Notes under the pieces: generated by a model
Seen by the model: only the letters and a program-made list of their open reading frames with translations
What the model was told of the DNA's origin: nothing
Databases searched by the model: none
Shown: positions 11,286 to 22,388 of the stretch, in pieces
How positions within the stretch are numbered: the stretch's first letter is position 1
How the letters are laid out: each line of letters starts with the position of its first letter
Program-made: the position numbers and the translations under genes
Source: Chrysochromulina tobinii
Taxonomy: Eukaryota
Length of the DNA stretch: 52,363 nucleotides
Direction of reading: 5' to 3'
Assembly: GCA_001275005.1 (NCBI GenBank)
Contig: JWZX01002639.1
Span: forward strand, 1 to 52,363

Positions 11286-11581
11286 AGTCTTGGAAAGTTG
11301 GACCCACTCGCGTTGAGGCGGGTTGGGCCTCCCCAGAATCAAAACTACTCACACCCGCGGCGCGGCGCGCACTTACTCAGGTAAAAAGACAGGTACCGGT
11401 GCTGGCCCGAGTGGTCCGGACTCTGACGTCAAGGGTCGTAAATTGCCCCCGAAACATGAAACATGAAACCTGCGAACCAACGCTCACAAACTTCACTTTG
11501 GACAGGCTCGTCTCGACTCACTACAGAGTGGACGCGCGCACGGGAGGAGCGCCAGCGAGTTTGGGTTCGCTGCGCGCGCAA

Positions 11582-13954
11582 ATGGCTCCAAAGGGCACTC
11601 CGGCGCCGAACGTGCCGACCCCAATGCCTCAGACATCTCAGCCAACTCCGCCGCCTCCGCCGGGGCCCCCGCTGCCTCCAGCTGGCTTGGTGATTTCGGC
11701 CGCACGGCCTGTCAAACCTCCAAAGAAGACAAAGAAGTCAGTGATGCCCGGCGCCAAGACGGGGTGGCCGCCGCGCATGATCGACCAGTTTAAGGACTAT
11801 GCCATCATCGGCATCATACTGTTTCTAATCTATTTGTGGGGCCAAGCCCTGGCGGATGCAGCAGCGCACCCGCACAGTACCCTCGGCGGCTTGCACCTCG
11901 ATGCCGCGCCTGCGATCAACCACGGCGAGGCAGAGGCTCAAGAGCCGGCGCACCACGGGTCGTATCACTACGAGCCGGCGGAGGAGACGCACCACGAGGA
12001 GGAGACGCACTACGAGCCGGAGGAGGAGGAGCACGGAGCACGTAGGGTGTTGTCGAAGATTAGTCGGGTGCTGAGCGATCACCACGTAAAGGTGGACCCG
12101 GCGCTGGATATGCAGGTGACGCTCGGGATCTGCGTGCTGCTCATCTCGATCACGATCTTCTTCGAGATGGTCAAGCACCATCTCGAGCACACAGTGCCTC
12201 AGTCGATGGCTGCAATCCTGCAAGCTATGTTCGGCGAGCTGACGGTCCTTGGCTTCATTGCCCTGTGCACGTACTTCATGATCAAGTTTGGTCTGATCGA
12301 GTTCGCAAGTATGGTGATCTACCACGACCCGGAGCACCTGCTGCATCTTTTCGAGGACATCCACTTCATGCTCTTCTTCGTGATGATCATCTTCCTGATC
12401 GAGGCAATCATCCTCATCTTCGCCGCCCTCAATGCCGAGGCGTACTTCATGCGCTTCGAGGCGCTCGTCGCCAACGCGCCTGTGCTCAATGGGGCAGACC
12501 CCGCGGGGTCCGCGGCGGCGCCCGCGGTGGCACAGCTGCTCGCCACGTACAAGGTCGCGCGCCAACACTGCTGGACACGCCTGTGCGTGTGCCCGCGGGT
12601 GCTCTGGAGCTTCCGCGAGGCGGAGGCCAAGGAGGAGCTCACGTATGCGCTGCTGCGCGCGCGCTTCCTCTACCCTCCGATCCCGAAGCCAGGCACGCCG
12701 CCACTGCCGAGCGACTTCGACTTCTCGGCGTACTTGCGCCGACGTATGATGCACGAGGTCGCCCACTCACTCCACATATCGCCGAACACGTGGGCCGCGA
12801 TCATCTTCCTGCTTGGCCTCATTCTATACATCCCGGTACTCGAGCAGCACGAGCTCGGCGCCAACATAGTCAACGTGTACTCGGTGACGTCGCTGTGCTG
12901 GGGTCTCTGGCTATACTCGTTCTGCGTCAAGGCTAAGCTCGGGCACATAATGTACATGCTCACGCCGCCCCATGCGCTGCTTGACGGTGCGCCAAAGGCT
13001 TTCGACGAGGAGGGCCCGACGGTGGCGCTGCTCGCCGCGCACTGCGACGCGCCGCCGTACGAGTCGCTCACGCCGTCGACGGACGCGTCGAAGCACGAAC
13101 GGCTCTTCTGGCGTGGCCGCGATGGGCCCGGCCATCTGCTCTTCCTGCTGCGCTTCCAGATGCTTTGGACAGCGATCTGCCTCGCCGTCTGCTACACGTG
13201 GATGACCTCCCGGCCTGAGGACACCCCCTTCTTGCTCCTTGGCTTCCTGCCCGTGTTTGACGTGCTGCTGGTGGCGCCGAAGCGCATCATGCCGATGCTC
13301 ACCGTGGTCACCTCCATCGAGATGATGAAGAAGGCTGGCGACATCAAGGAGACGGTGGACGAGTTAAAGATTGAGAAGACGCTCAAGATGCTCAAGATGC
13401 TTCAGACCCTGCGTGGACAGGCGAAGCGCGCAGCCAGGCTTGCCGCCGCCGACAAGCAGAAGCGGCCGGGTGCGCCCAAGCCTAAGCCAAAGGAGATCGA
13501 CCCGGTGCAGGAGGAGGAGCTGCGTGAGGCCTTTGACCTCTTCGACAAGGACGGGAGCGGCCGTATGGACACGGCAGAGCTCGGCGACTGCCTCAAGTCG
13601 CTCGGTGTCGAGCTGGACGAGACCGCGCTGAATGCCTTGGCGGCTCAAATGGACACGTCGGGTGACGGTACCATCGACTTCGAAGAGTTCAAGGAGGCCA
13701 TGGCTTCCTCCGTCGACGAGAAGGAGACGAGCGGGCAGATCGCTAGCTCCATCTTCCAGATGCTTGACTCCGACGGCTCTGGCAAGATCACCTCGCAGGA
13801 GCTCAAGGACATGGTGAAGACGGTCAACCCGGACCTGACGGACGATGACGTGGCCGCTGCCATGACGCTCTTCGACACGGATAACTCGGGACAGATAACC
13901 GAAAAGGAGTTCCGGCAGGCCCTCGAGAAGATGAAGACGTTCGACCAGGCCTAA
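11582..13954 (+). CDS. MLO-like 7-TM protein with a C-terminal calmodulin-like 4xEF-hand domain
   Basis: MLO-type motifs ITIFFE..KHHL, GELTVLGFIAL, DIHFMLFF, FDFSAYLRR and LFW. EF loops DKDGSGRMD, DTSGDGTID, DSDGSGKIT and DTDNSGQIT. Confidence 0.8.
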   Translation: MAPKGTPAPNVPTPMPQTSQPTPPPPPGPPLPPAGLVISAARPVKPPKKTKKSVMPGAKTGWPPRMIDQFKDYAIIGIILFLIYLWGQALADAAAHPHSTLGGLHLDAAPAINHGEAEAQEPAHHGSYHYEPAEETHHEEETHYEPEEEEHGARRVLSKISRVLSDHHVKVDPALDMQVTLGICVLLISITIFFEMVKHHLEHTVPQSMAAILQAMFGELTVLGFIALCTYFMIKFGLIEFASMVIYHDPEHLLHLFEDIHFMLFFVMIIFLIEAIILIFAALNAEAYFMRFEALVANAPVLNGADPAGSAAAPAVAQLLATYKVARQHCWTRLCVCPRVLWSFREAEAKEELTYALLRARFLYPPIPKPGTPPLPSDFDFSAYLRRRMMHEVAHSLHISPNTWAAIIFLLGLILYIPVLEQHELGANIVNVYSVTSLCWGLWLYSFCVKAKLGHIMYMLTPPHALLDGAPKAFDEEGPTVALLAAHCDAPPYESLTPSTDASKHERLFWRGRDGPGHLLFLLRFQMLWTAICLAVCYTWMTSRPEDTPFLLLGFLPVFDVLLVAPKRIMPMLTVVTSIEMMKKAGDIKETVDELKIEKTLKMLKMLQTLRGQAKRAARLAAADKQKRPGAPKPKPKEIDPVQEEELREAFDLFDKDGSGRMDTAELGDCLKSLGVELDETALNALAAQMDTSGDGTIDFEEFKEAMASSVDEKETSGQIASSIFQMLDSDGSGKITSQELKDMVKTVNPDLTDDDVAAAMTLFDTDNSGQITEKEFRQALEKMKTFDQA

Positions 13955-14869
13955 TCGGGGTCCTACTTGGGTGGAGAGGGTTCATTGGGTGGCGGCGGCG
14001 CGAGCGCAGCACAATCAGCGACGGCCCGGCAACGGTGGCGGGGCGTGTGTGGCGCTACCTGGCGCACGTGAGTGATCAGATCCAATCGTCGTCTGCAATG
14101 AGCTATGGACATACTGATGGACAACCCTTTTAGCTGTGCGTGTCTCTACTCGCCATGTGTGCGTTCGGTTCTGTTGGAGCGCGGAGAGTGCGGTTCTGTG
14201 ACGTCACAACGGCCGATGCGTGCGGTGTGGTGCGTGCGCGGTCGTCGCTGTGCTGTGGCGTGCACGTGGAGTCGAGTGCATCCCATTGGCGGTCATCCAG
14301 TATGAGCCACGCAACCGCTCGTATAATTCCGTCGTTCGCGGTCGTGTGACGTGTGCCGGTGCGTGCGAGCGTGATTGTGCGCGTGTGTGGAGGCATATGT
14401 ATAAGCCATGACTGTCATGATGACTGATCCGATGACTCATTCGTACCGTACCTGACCGCGCCAAGTACCCCGGGCATCGTGACTATTGACTAAATCGTAA
14501 ATGCGATGCCGGAATCGTGCGATAGAGCGAATCTCAAATCCCCTCATTCGATCGGCACGTCGACGAAAACTACCCGCCCGCGATCTCGCCGGGACCGCGC
14601 GGGATCCGCCCCGCCCCGAGGGCGGCCGGGCCCCGGACTGCCGGGTACCGGCGGGGGGGGTGGCCGGTGTGACACTATTCACGCGCACCTCCACACGCGT
14701 GACGGGGTCGCTCTACTCGATCTACTCGACTCTTAGGAGTTGACTCGTCTGTTCGTCTCTCGCGACTCTCCGCTCATCAAAAGCCTCCACTGTGGGGCCG
14801 TGTCCTGTCGAGTGTGTGGGCGTATCTTGAGTTCTTGACGTCGCCTACCGCCAGAAGAACACCTTAGCC

Positions 14870-15880
14870 TTAGACCGAATTGAGCAAACTCTGGTGTATG
14901 AGGCCTCGCTCCTGCGCAAGGAGCAGGTACTCGGTGTGGGTCGGCGTCGTGTCAGGAACCTGGACCTTGATGCCAGCAGGCGTGATGCGTGTGCCCGCCA
15001 TCTTGGTGTACCGGTAGAAGTAGCCATTACGGAACTCAAAGTCGGTGAGTGCCGTAGGCAGGAACTCCATCTTTTGTGCGTACGCCTCGAGGCGCTCGTC
15101 AATGCCCGAGAAAAGGGAGACCGAGAGCGTGTAGCGCACAAAGGAGGCGAGCTCACGGCACAGCTGCCCGGCCTCGTCGGCATGTTTCTGCGCCACCTCG
15201 CCCATTGTGATGCCGCCGTGCACGGTGCCCACGAGGTGATACGCTGAGAGAAAGACGAGCTTCTCGAGCGTGGAGCGGCGCGCATCCCGGTCCATCTTGA
15301 TCTCGCACGCCAGGTTGCCCGTGCTCATCCGCGAAGCAAACGCACCAGCCCACTTGCCGGTAACCGTTGTAAGCCCCTCGGGGTTATCATGTGTCCTACC
15401 ATCCACTGGCTTGCCGCCCTTGCGCATACAAGCCAGCCATAGCGACGCCTGCGTCGGGCCGTAGATGCCGTTACGTTGGAAAAAAGGCTCGAGCATTCCA
15501 TCTTGCAAGAAGACGAGATCGTCCTTCTTGTCCTCCGGGCATGCTGCGACGACTGCGGCGAGGTCAGCCGTCTGCGTGCACAAGTAAACAGGACCTGGAT
15601 GGCCCGATGGAATAGCGTCGCCGCGTTTGACGACCACATCTTTGTAGCCGTTGCGAGAGCCAAAGTCGAGCAGCATCGAACCGATCCGGCCGTTGCCCAC
15701 GATGATCGATGGACCGTCCTCTGTCACCTCATTCTTCACGCGACCTAGGAGGAAGTCAAAGTACTCCTGCGTCGCGCGCGAATCGGAATTGACTTGCAGT
15801 AGCGCTGAACCGCACCGCAAATGTGAGTTGCACAAAACGCGAGTTGGCAGTATATGGAAGCCCGCCGTGAGGGTCGCCAT
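14870..15880 (-). CDS. Conserved plant/algal protein with a Rossmann-like N-terminus (resembles the At1g16080 family); probable targeting peptide
   Basis: IVGNGRIG, VKRGD, GPVYLCT, DLVFLQDGML, PVDGRTHDNPEGLT, LEKLVF and FEFRNGYFY recall that family from memory. ATG at 15880. Confidence 0.7.
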   Translation of the reverse strand: MATLTAGFHILPTRVLCNSHLRCGSALLQVNSDSRATQEYFDFLLGRVKNEVTEDGPSIIVGNGRIGSMLLDFGSRNGYKDVVVKRGDAIPSGHPGPVYLCTQTADLAAVVAACPEDKKDDLVFLQDGMLEPFFQRNGIYGPTQASLWLACMRKGGKPVDGRTHDNPEGLTTVTGKWAGAFASRMSTGNLACEIKMDRDARRSTLEKLVFLSAYHLVGTVHGGITMGEVAQKHADEAGQLCRELASFVRYTLSVSLFSGIDERLEAYAQKMEFLPTALTDFEFRNGYFYRYTKMAGTRITPAGIKVQVPDTTPTHTEYLLLAQERGLIHQSLLNSV

Positions 15881-16192
15881 TATGTGGATACACACAGTCC
15901 CGAGGAGTTCGGAGATCGAGAGAGATCGATAGACAAGGGTACAGCGGGAATTGTGCGAAACAAGTCGAAAGATAGTCCACGAGTGCCCGCGGTGCGACGC
16001 GACCGCAGCGCCAGTGCGCCAGTCTCTGTTTCGTGCGGTACCGTGTGCCCTTGTGCGCCCGCGTGTCCCGTGTGTGTCCTGTGTGTCCCGGCTCCCCCCG
16101 GTGTCTTTTTACGGTGTAGTGGACGGCGCGCATTCGCGTGCGACTATTCAACGACCTTTTCGCCATAACAGCGCGAGGGAGATGGCCCGAGA

Positions 16193-19100
16193 ATGGGGGT
16201 GTCGGTCCTGCTCGAAAGAGGAAACACACTAGACGTTCTCGACCTCGCCGCCCCCGCTGCTGACGTCCTGCAGGCCGCCGAGGTCGCACTTTTGACTCAG
16301 CGTCTCGCTGCAAAGGGCTTCCCGACGAGCAGCTCTGGTGCTCGCAGCTCTGCTGATTTCGCAAAGAGACACAAATCGCCGTCGTCTGCTGCGAGGGCAT
16401 GGGAACGATGCATCGACGACATCGTTTTTCGTAACGCGCTGATCGCTGAGGCTCAGCTTCTCGTCACGCAGCCAGGCGGAGGATGGACTAACTGGCTTGA
16501 GCCCACCGATTCTCCCCGCTGCGCTCTCGAGGCTCTGGCTCTGGCGGTCATGCGCTTCCACAGCGCTGCTTGCCGTGGAGTCGAGTGGTGGGTGCAAGTT
16601 CGTGACATGGACGAATCGATGCCGCTTCACTGGGACTGCGATGAAGAGCTGCACAGCAGGACGGGCGAGCACGCAGCACCCTATCTAGCTACCGTCACCT
16701 ACCTAACCTCGTCGGGCTCCCCAACGCTTGTGATGCCCGTGTCTACGGATGACTTCGGCTGCGGCGTCGTCGAGCCTCGTAGCAGCGACGGCGACGGCGA
16801 CGGCGACGGCGTGTACGTATCATTCCCCATCGCCGGCAAGCATCTTGCCTTTGACGGCCGATTACTCCACGGTACACAGCACGATGGGCCGCCATGGAGT
16901 CCGCGCAGGAAGGAGCTCCACGCCGACGCCCTCGGCGTTACGCGACCTGGATCGCCTCCGCGGCGTATCACCGTGCTTGTTAACGTGTGGATGGAGCACA
17001 AGCCTGCAGACGTGGGGCCTCTGGCAGCCGCGGCAGCTGCCAAGCTGTGGGCGCCGTCACCAACTTCAGCAGCAGAGATGAAAGCGTTAGCCGCGGGGGC
17101 TTTTGGCTCCGCACGCCCATCACCAGCGGTGCTCGCTGAGGGAGCTGCAGCGTGCTCCGAGAGCGGGCACTCGGTTCGGCGCTGGGAAGCTGTCCGTTGG
17201 ATGAACATCGGTTCGTTCCATGCTCACGCACCGATAGGCTTCGAGCATTTGGGCAACCACCTCAGCCGACCTCCAACACCGAGCGCACATTTTCTGAGGG
17301 TTGCGCATGCAAGGGCATGTCTTGGGCCGCCGTCCTCTTCGCCGCCGTCCTCGCCGCCGCCCTCGCCTCCAGCCTCGCCGCCGTCTTCGCCGCCAACCTC
17401 GCCGCCGTCTTCGCCGCTTTCATTCAGCACCCGCCGAATGTGCCCGTGCATGCGACGTGGGCCAGCGAAAGATGATGATGAGATGGAAGGCCGAGGGGAG
17501 ATACATACGATCTGCCTGAGGAGCGGCCGGTATTCAATCGACCGCTCCGAGCCTCTCGGCTCCGGGGGCTTTGTCCTCGGCGTCTACCGCGGACGAAGCC
17601 AGCGTGATGGCTCGGCGGTGGCGATCAAGGTCACCGATGATGCTATACGACACGAAAGAGAGGTGCGAACGCTTCAGGCGCTGAGCGAAGGCGTCATGCC
17701 GTTGATCGACTACAGCGCCGATGCGAACGGCTCTCCTGCTGCCTGGCCACTCGCGAGCGCAGATTACTATGTGGTGCAGAGCCTTGGGGTCATCAGCCTC
17801 GAGCGCTTCCTGTTGGATCGAGTGGCCCCAAATCAGTGGCCACTTTCCGACGCCGCGGGCATCTGCGCCGATGTCCTTACGGGCCTCGCCCACGTGCATG
17901 CATTGGGCTTTGCGCATATGGATGTCAAGCCGGCGAACCTTGTGCTCTCGCAGGGCGGTGTTGTATGGAAGCTCATTGACACGGACAGCTGCCGGCCTCT
18001 GGGGTCTGCCTTGAGCAAGTACGAGCGCTGGGAACTGACCGACCGATTCTGTCCGCCCGAGCTGGCTCACCGGCTGCTGAATGACGCCACGTCGTTGACG
18101 CGGCTGGCCACTGCTCGTGATGAGGAGGAGCGACTTGCGGTGGCGCAGGCGAGTGCCCCTGATGACCCCTGATAACCCCTGACGATCACAGAGGATCCCT
18201 GATGACCCCTGATGACCCCTGGCGCCCCCTGAGGACCCCTGATGACCCTTGACGTGGCGCAGGCGATCCTGCGCGAGCAGTCCGTGGGCGACTTCCTCGT
18301 CAACTCGGCCTACGATCTGTGGGGCGCGGGTGCGACGCTCGTGGGGGTAGTGGCCCTGACGCCCAACTGCCACCTGCACAGCCCCTACTTCGATCAGATC
18401 TACGAGAGCGCCCACGAGAGCACGCCAGAGGAGGCGCCGGCAGAGGCGGCCCGATCCTCTGGGCCACCTTCACAGTTGGGCCACCTTCACAGCTGGGCCC
18501 GATCCTCTGGGCCACCTTCACAGTTGGGCCACCTTCACAGCTGGGCCCGATCCTCTGGGCCACCTTCACAGTTGGGCCCGTACGATCGCGAGGAGGCAGG
18601 TGGGCCGCGGGACCGATTCTTCGCGTTCTGGCTGGGCGAGCGCCACGGAGCTCTCGATCTGCCGCAGGTCCTGGATGGCGCGGCGCCACTGCTCGAGTCT
18701 CTGCTCGAGCTCGACCCAGACAAACGCGCTGCTACCAGCGCAGCAGAGCGGCTTCGGATCATCCCCTTCCTCTCGGCAGCCAGGCCAACGCTCCCGAGCT
18801 TCGGTGCCGCCAATCGTGTACTTGGCCGTTCTGGCCGCTGGTATGGTGTCACCGGCGCTACCTGCGATGGGTGCGGGCTGCCGTGCTATGACTATCGCCA
18901 CTCTTGCAACGTGTGTGAGTCTTTCGACTACTGCACCGCATGCCTCGAGGCCGAAGTGTCGCGGCCTGTGGGGAAGAAGGAGCACCCGCACTCCGACTTT
19001 GATGCGAGTCGTGATGTGAGCGAGTACAGATGGTTTGAGACGGAGTCGGCGGCGGAGGAGGCGAGGAGGATGGCCTCTGTAACATCCTCCTCCTTGCCCA

Positions 19101-19222
19101 TCAGCGCGTCGTCGTGGTGGTCGATGTGGGCGGGCCGCTGGAAAAGCGCCCAAAGGCTTCGGATATTGCGCCATCGTGGTGCGCGCGTGACGCCCGTGGT
19201 GCGCCGGGAAGTGACATTATGA
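16193..19222 (+). CDS. Multidomain protein: 2OG-Fe(II) oxygenase-like, Pro/Ser linker, Ser/Thr kinase, ZZ zinc finger; intron 18149-18262
   Basis: N-terminal EWWVQ, LHWDCDE, TVTYL, FDGRLLHG, RITVLVNVW. Kinase LGSGGF, VAIK, HMDVKPAN, KLIDTD, PPE and, after a phase-0 GC-AG intron, DLWGAG and LDPDKR. ZZ finger CDGC...CNVCESFDYCTAC...HPH. Confidence 0.75.
18149..18262 (+). other. GC-AG intron flanked by a 13-bp direct repeat, filled with (CCCCTGATGA)n
   Basis: CAG|GCGAGT...CGCAG|GCGATC; GTGGCGCAGGCGA occurs at both junctions; removal joins the two kinase halves in frame. Confidence 0.85.
18448..18580 (+). repeat. 48-bp in-frame tandem repeat (~2.7 copies) inside the kinase C-lobe
   Basis: GGCCCGATCCTCTGGGCCACCTTCACAGTTGGGCCACCTTCACAGCTG repeated. 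Confidence 0.9.
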
Positions 19223-19308
19223 AGAAAAAGGAAATGACACGCATCTTTGAGAACAATCTCCTGAGCCCTAAGCTCATCAAATTCCGCATTACGTAGATTT
19301 TCCATCCG

Positions 19309-21581
19309 TTACAGCTGCCCGCCGTCTTCTTCGTTCCCCGCGTCTTTACCCGCGCGGGCGTCTTGGCCGACGGAGGTAGCATCCATCGCCCCGGCTTCTG
19401 GTCCACCCGCCCCGGCGGCGGCGAGCGGCGCCGCACGCTCGTTGAGCGACAGCTGGTGCCCGAGCTCGCTCGACTGCTTCGTCAGCTCTCGCAGGCACAT
19501 AGTCGCATACGTCGAGGGCGGAAGGGTGAACTCTAGACGGACCGCGGTGCGGGTGCCCTCGGGGTCGCCGAGCGGGTCGGGCTGGCTTCGCATGCGGGTG
19601 AGGTCCGTCGGCGCGAGCGGTGCCGTTGGGTCGCTGTACCGGAGGATGGACCACTCCAAGTGTAACGGTCTCTGCAGTAGCCGGCGATAGCTTCCAGGCA
19701 GTGCAAGCTCCTTGACACGATGGGCGAGCTTCTCGGCGCTCAGACCCCAGTGTGCGAGGACATCTTCATACACCTTGGCCACCGCATGGCGCGGCATAGC
19801 CACCTTGAAGCCGGGGAGTGGCAGCAGCACCTGTGGGGAAGAGGGTGGGGCGCCGTGGTGAGCACCTGCATGCAAGGCCATCGTCACGGATCGTCTCCTG
19901 TGGGGAGTGGCAGCAGCACCTCATGGACCGAGTACATGCCCGCCGCCGCCTCCTCTTCAGTCACCACGTGTACTGCCATCTCGGCGTTCCCCGAGCCCGC
20001 GTCTGCAATCATGTCCTCCATGCCTTCCTCAACGGACTCCTGCACGCTCTCGTCGAGGGCGGCGGCGGCGGCTTCGTCTGCGGCGTGGACGTCGAGGGCG
20101 CTCGCCGCGCCCTCGGTACCGGCACGGTCCTCAGTGGCACCCTCTGCCGTTGCGCCCGCGACGGCGCCATGCTCGCGAGCGGCCACCAAGTCGCCCGCGA
20201 CGGCGCGCGCGCAGCCGTACAAGCGCACCCGCTCGGAGGCGGCGTGATTGAAGACGAGCGACTGGAAGGCATGCAAGTACATGGAGCGCATCTGGCGCGG
20301 CAGATGCGAGAGCGCGCCGAGCGGGTTGGTGGCGCCATGCTTCTCCAGCCCCTCCAGCACCGAACGCTCGATGCGCATACGGTGCGGAAGCGCCTTTAAG
20401 ACGGCGCTCGGGTTTCGGCTCGATGCCCACAGTTGGCGAGCGTGGCGCTCGTCGTCGCGCTCACCAGGGCGCTCGGACATGATCAGATCGCACACCGTGT
20501 GGAAGTCGGAGCGGAGCAGCGCCGCGCCCATCATGTGCGTCCCCGCCTTTGGGTTGGTCCCAAAGCGCTGCAGCCCAAAATAGTTGACGAAACCGAGCGC
20601 CTTGAGCGCCGTGAGCGCGGCCTCGAGTTGTGGCGGCGCGCAGCCCTCCACGTCGCGCAGCACGACCGTGAACTGGTTGCCGCCGTGAGCGCCCAGCCGC
20701 AACGGCGACGGCTCATAGCGCAGGTCACCGACCACAATGGAGTCCCCAAATGGACGCTTCGCCATGAGCTTGGCGAGCTTCCATGGGTGCAGTTTGTGCA
20801 CGTTGACGCGCTGCGTGGTCACGCCACGTTTGTCCTTGGTGCCCGCGAAGAAGAAGTGGTTCTGGCCCACGCCCACGCCGCGCGCGATCCGCCCGATCGC
20901 ATCGCCAGAGTCGCGATTCTCCTTATATAAGGTGAAGCCGAGGTAGTGATTCGTTCCCGCCTCTGCTGGCCATTCGCTGCGTTCGTCGAGCTTACGACGC
21001 TTGCCGCCTCCGCCGCCGCCGCCGCCGCCGCCTCCGCCCTGAGGCTCCGGCTCGCGCGCCGCCTTCTGTGCGCCCTTGCGCGACATCAGGCGCACCGACT
21101 TGCCGCCGCCCTCGGCATCCACCGTGTCGCTCACCAGCGCTGGAAGCAGCTGCTTGATGAGACGGTGGACCAGCGTGCGATGCTCCTTGTCGTCGTCGCG
21201 AGGCAGCACGAGCTCGTCGGGCAGCACGGCCGGTGTGGAGGTAGCAGCAGCCGTCCCACCGGCACAGGCGACGCCGCCGCTGCCACCCCGGCCACCTCCT
21301 CCTCTGCCGTGGGCCGCAACCTCCTCGGCGGCCCTCTGCAACGCATAGGCGGTGCTCGCCGCTTCATCCCCGATGAGCTCAGCGAGCTGCCGATCGTTGG
21401 CATCGGACGAGGCCGTTGCGGCGGGTGGCGGCTCCTCGGGCAGCGAGGTGAGCCGCACTGGATTGCCGCTCATGTCGATTTCGTGAACGATGAAGTCGCT
21501 GAAGCGCTGCTTGGTGGCGGCTAAGAAGCCGTCTCCGGGAGTTGCGAATGCGATGATACCAACGGAAGCTTCGGTAGTCAT
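19309..21581 (-). CDS. PUS7: Pseudouridine synthase TruD/PUS7; intron 19831-19919
   Basis: KQRFSDFIVHEI, FTLYKEN, AGTKDKRGVTTQ, GNQFTVVLR, GFVNYFGLQRFG, YLHAFQSLVFN, VLLPLPG, LPGSYRR and FTLPPSTYATMCLRE. Confidence 0.95.
19831..19919 (-). other. GT-AG intron with a 20-bp junction duplication
   Basis: AG|GTGCTGCTGCCACTCCCC occurs at both donor and acceptor; removal restores HEVLLPLPG in frame. Confidence 0.9.
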
Positions 21582-22388
21582 CCGCCTGCACTGCACCACG
21601 CGCCACGCGCCTATGAGAGGGCGCGCGGCTGCGCGTCTGTATCGCAGCAGCAGCGTCGCAGCGGCACCCGGGTACGGGCCGTCGACCGACGCGTCGGCCA
21701 CGCGTCGCTCTTTCGATCTGTGAACGTTCACACGTATCACGAAAAAAAGACGAAAACGTAATGTTCGGTGTCCTTTAAATCTCAAACTCAACTTAAACTT
21801 AAGGCGCTTTGGGGTTCACACGCGCGCTCAGTGCACGGCACACACCGAGAGCGACCAGACAGAGAGACATGGATTTACACGCGCATGCATACCACCCTAC
21901 ACCACGACGTGCACACAAGCACCACCTACCTTCTACAAACACCACACGTTTCAGTATTACCATCGATGGAAGACCACTCTGGCAGAGGCGCGGCCCCCTC
22001 GCCACGTGAGTCGTTGCCGCAAGGCGTGGTGCTACGTACACTGGCAGAGGCACGGACCTCGGAAGGTTCAGATCGGGGGTCCGGGTGCCAGGAGGAGCTT
22101 TAGCTCGCAGGCACCCGCTGCGCTTATGTCGATGGCACCAACAGCGTCCCATGGCTCTCTTCTCGATTCTCCTCCGGTCGTCGCCCATCAAGAGCCTCCG
22201 CCCGGCTCGCAGCTCCGGGCAGCGAGCTAGATCGAGGCCGAACCCACCTTAGCATGCGGCCTAAGCCCATCTGAGACCGCATGCTAGACTGCAGCCAGGA
22301 CTGCAGCCAGTGCGTCATTCACAGATAGGCAAGGCGGGAGGTTACTCAGTGGGCGATCCGGCGCCGTAGTGGGCGATCCGGCGTCCTC

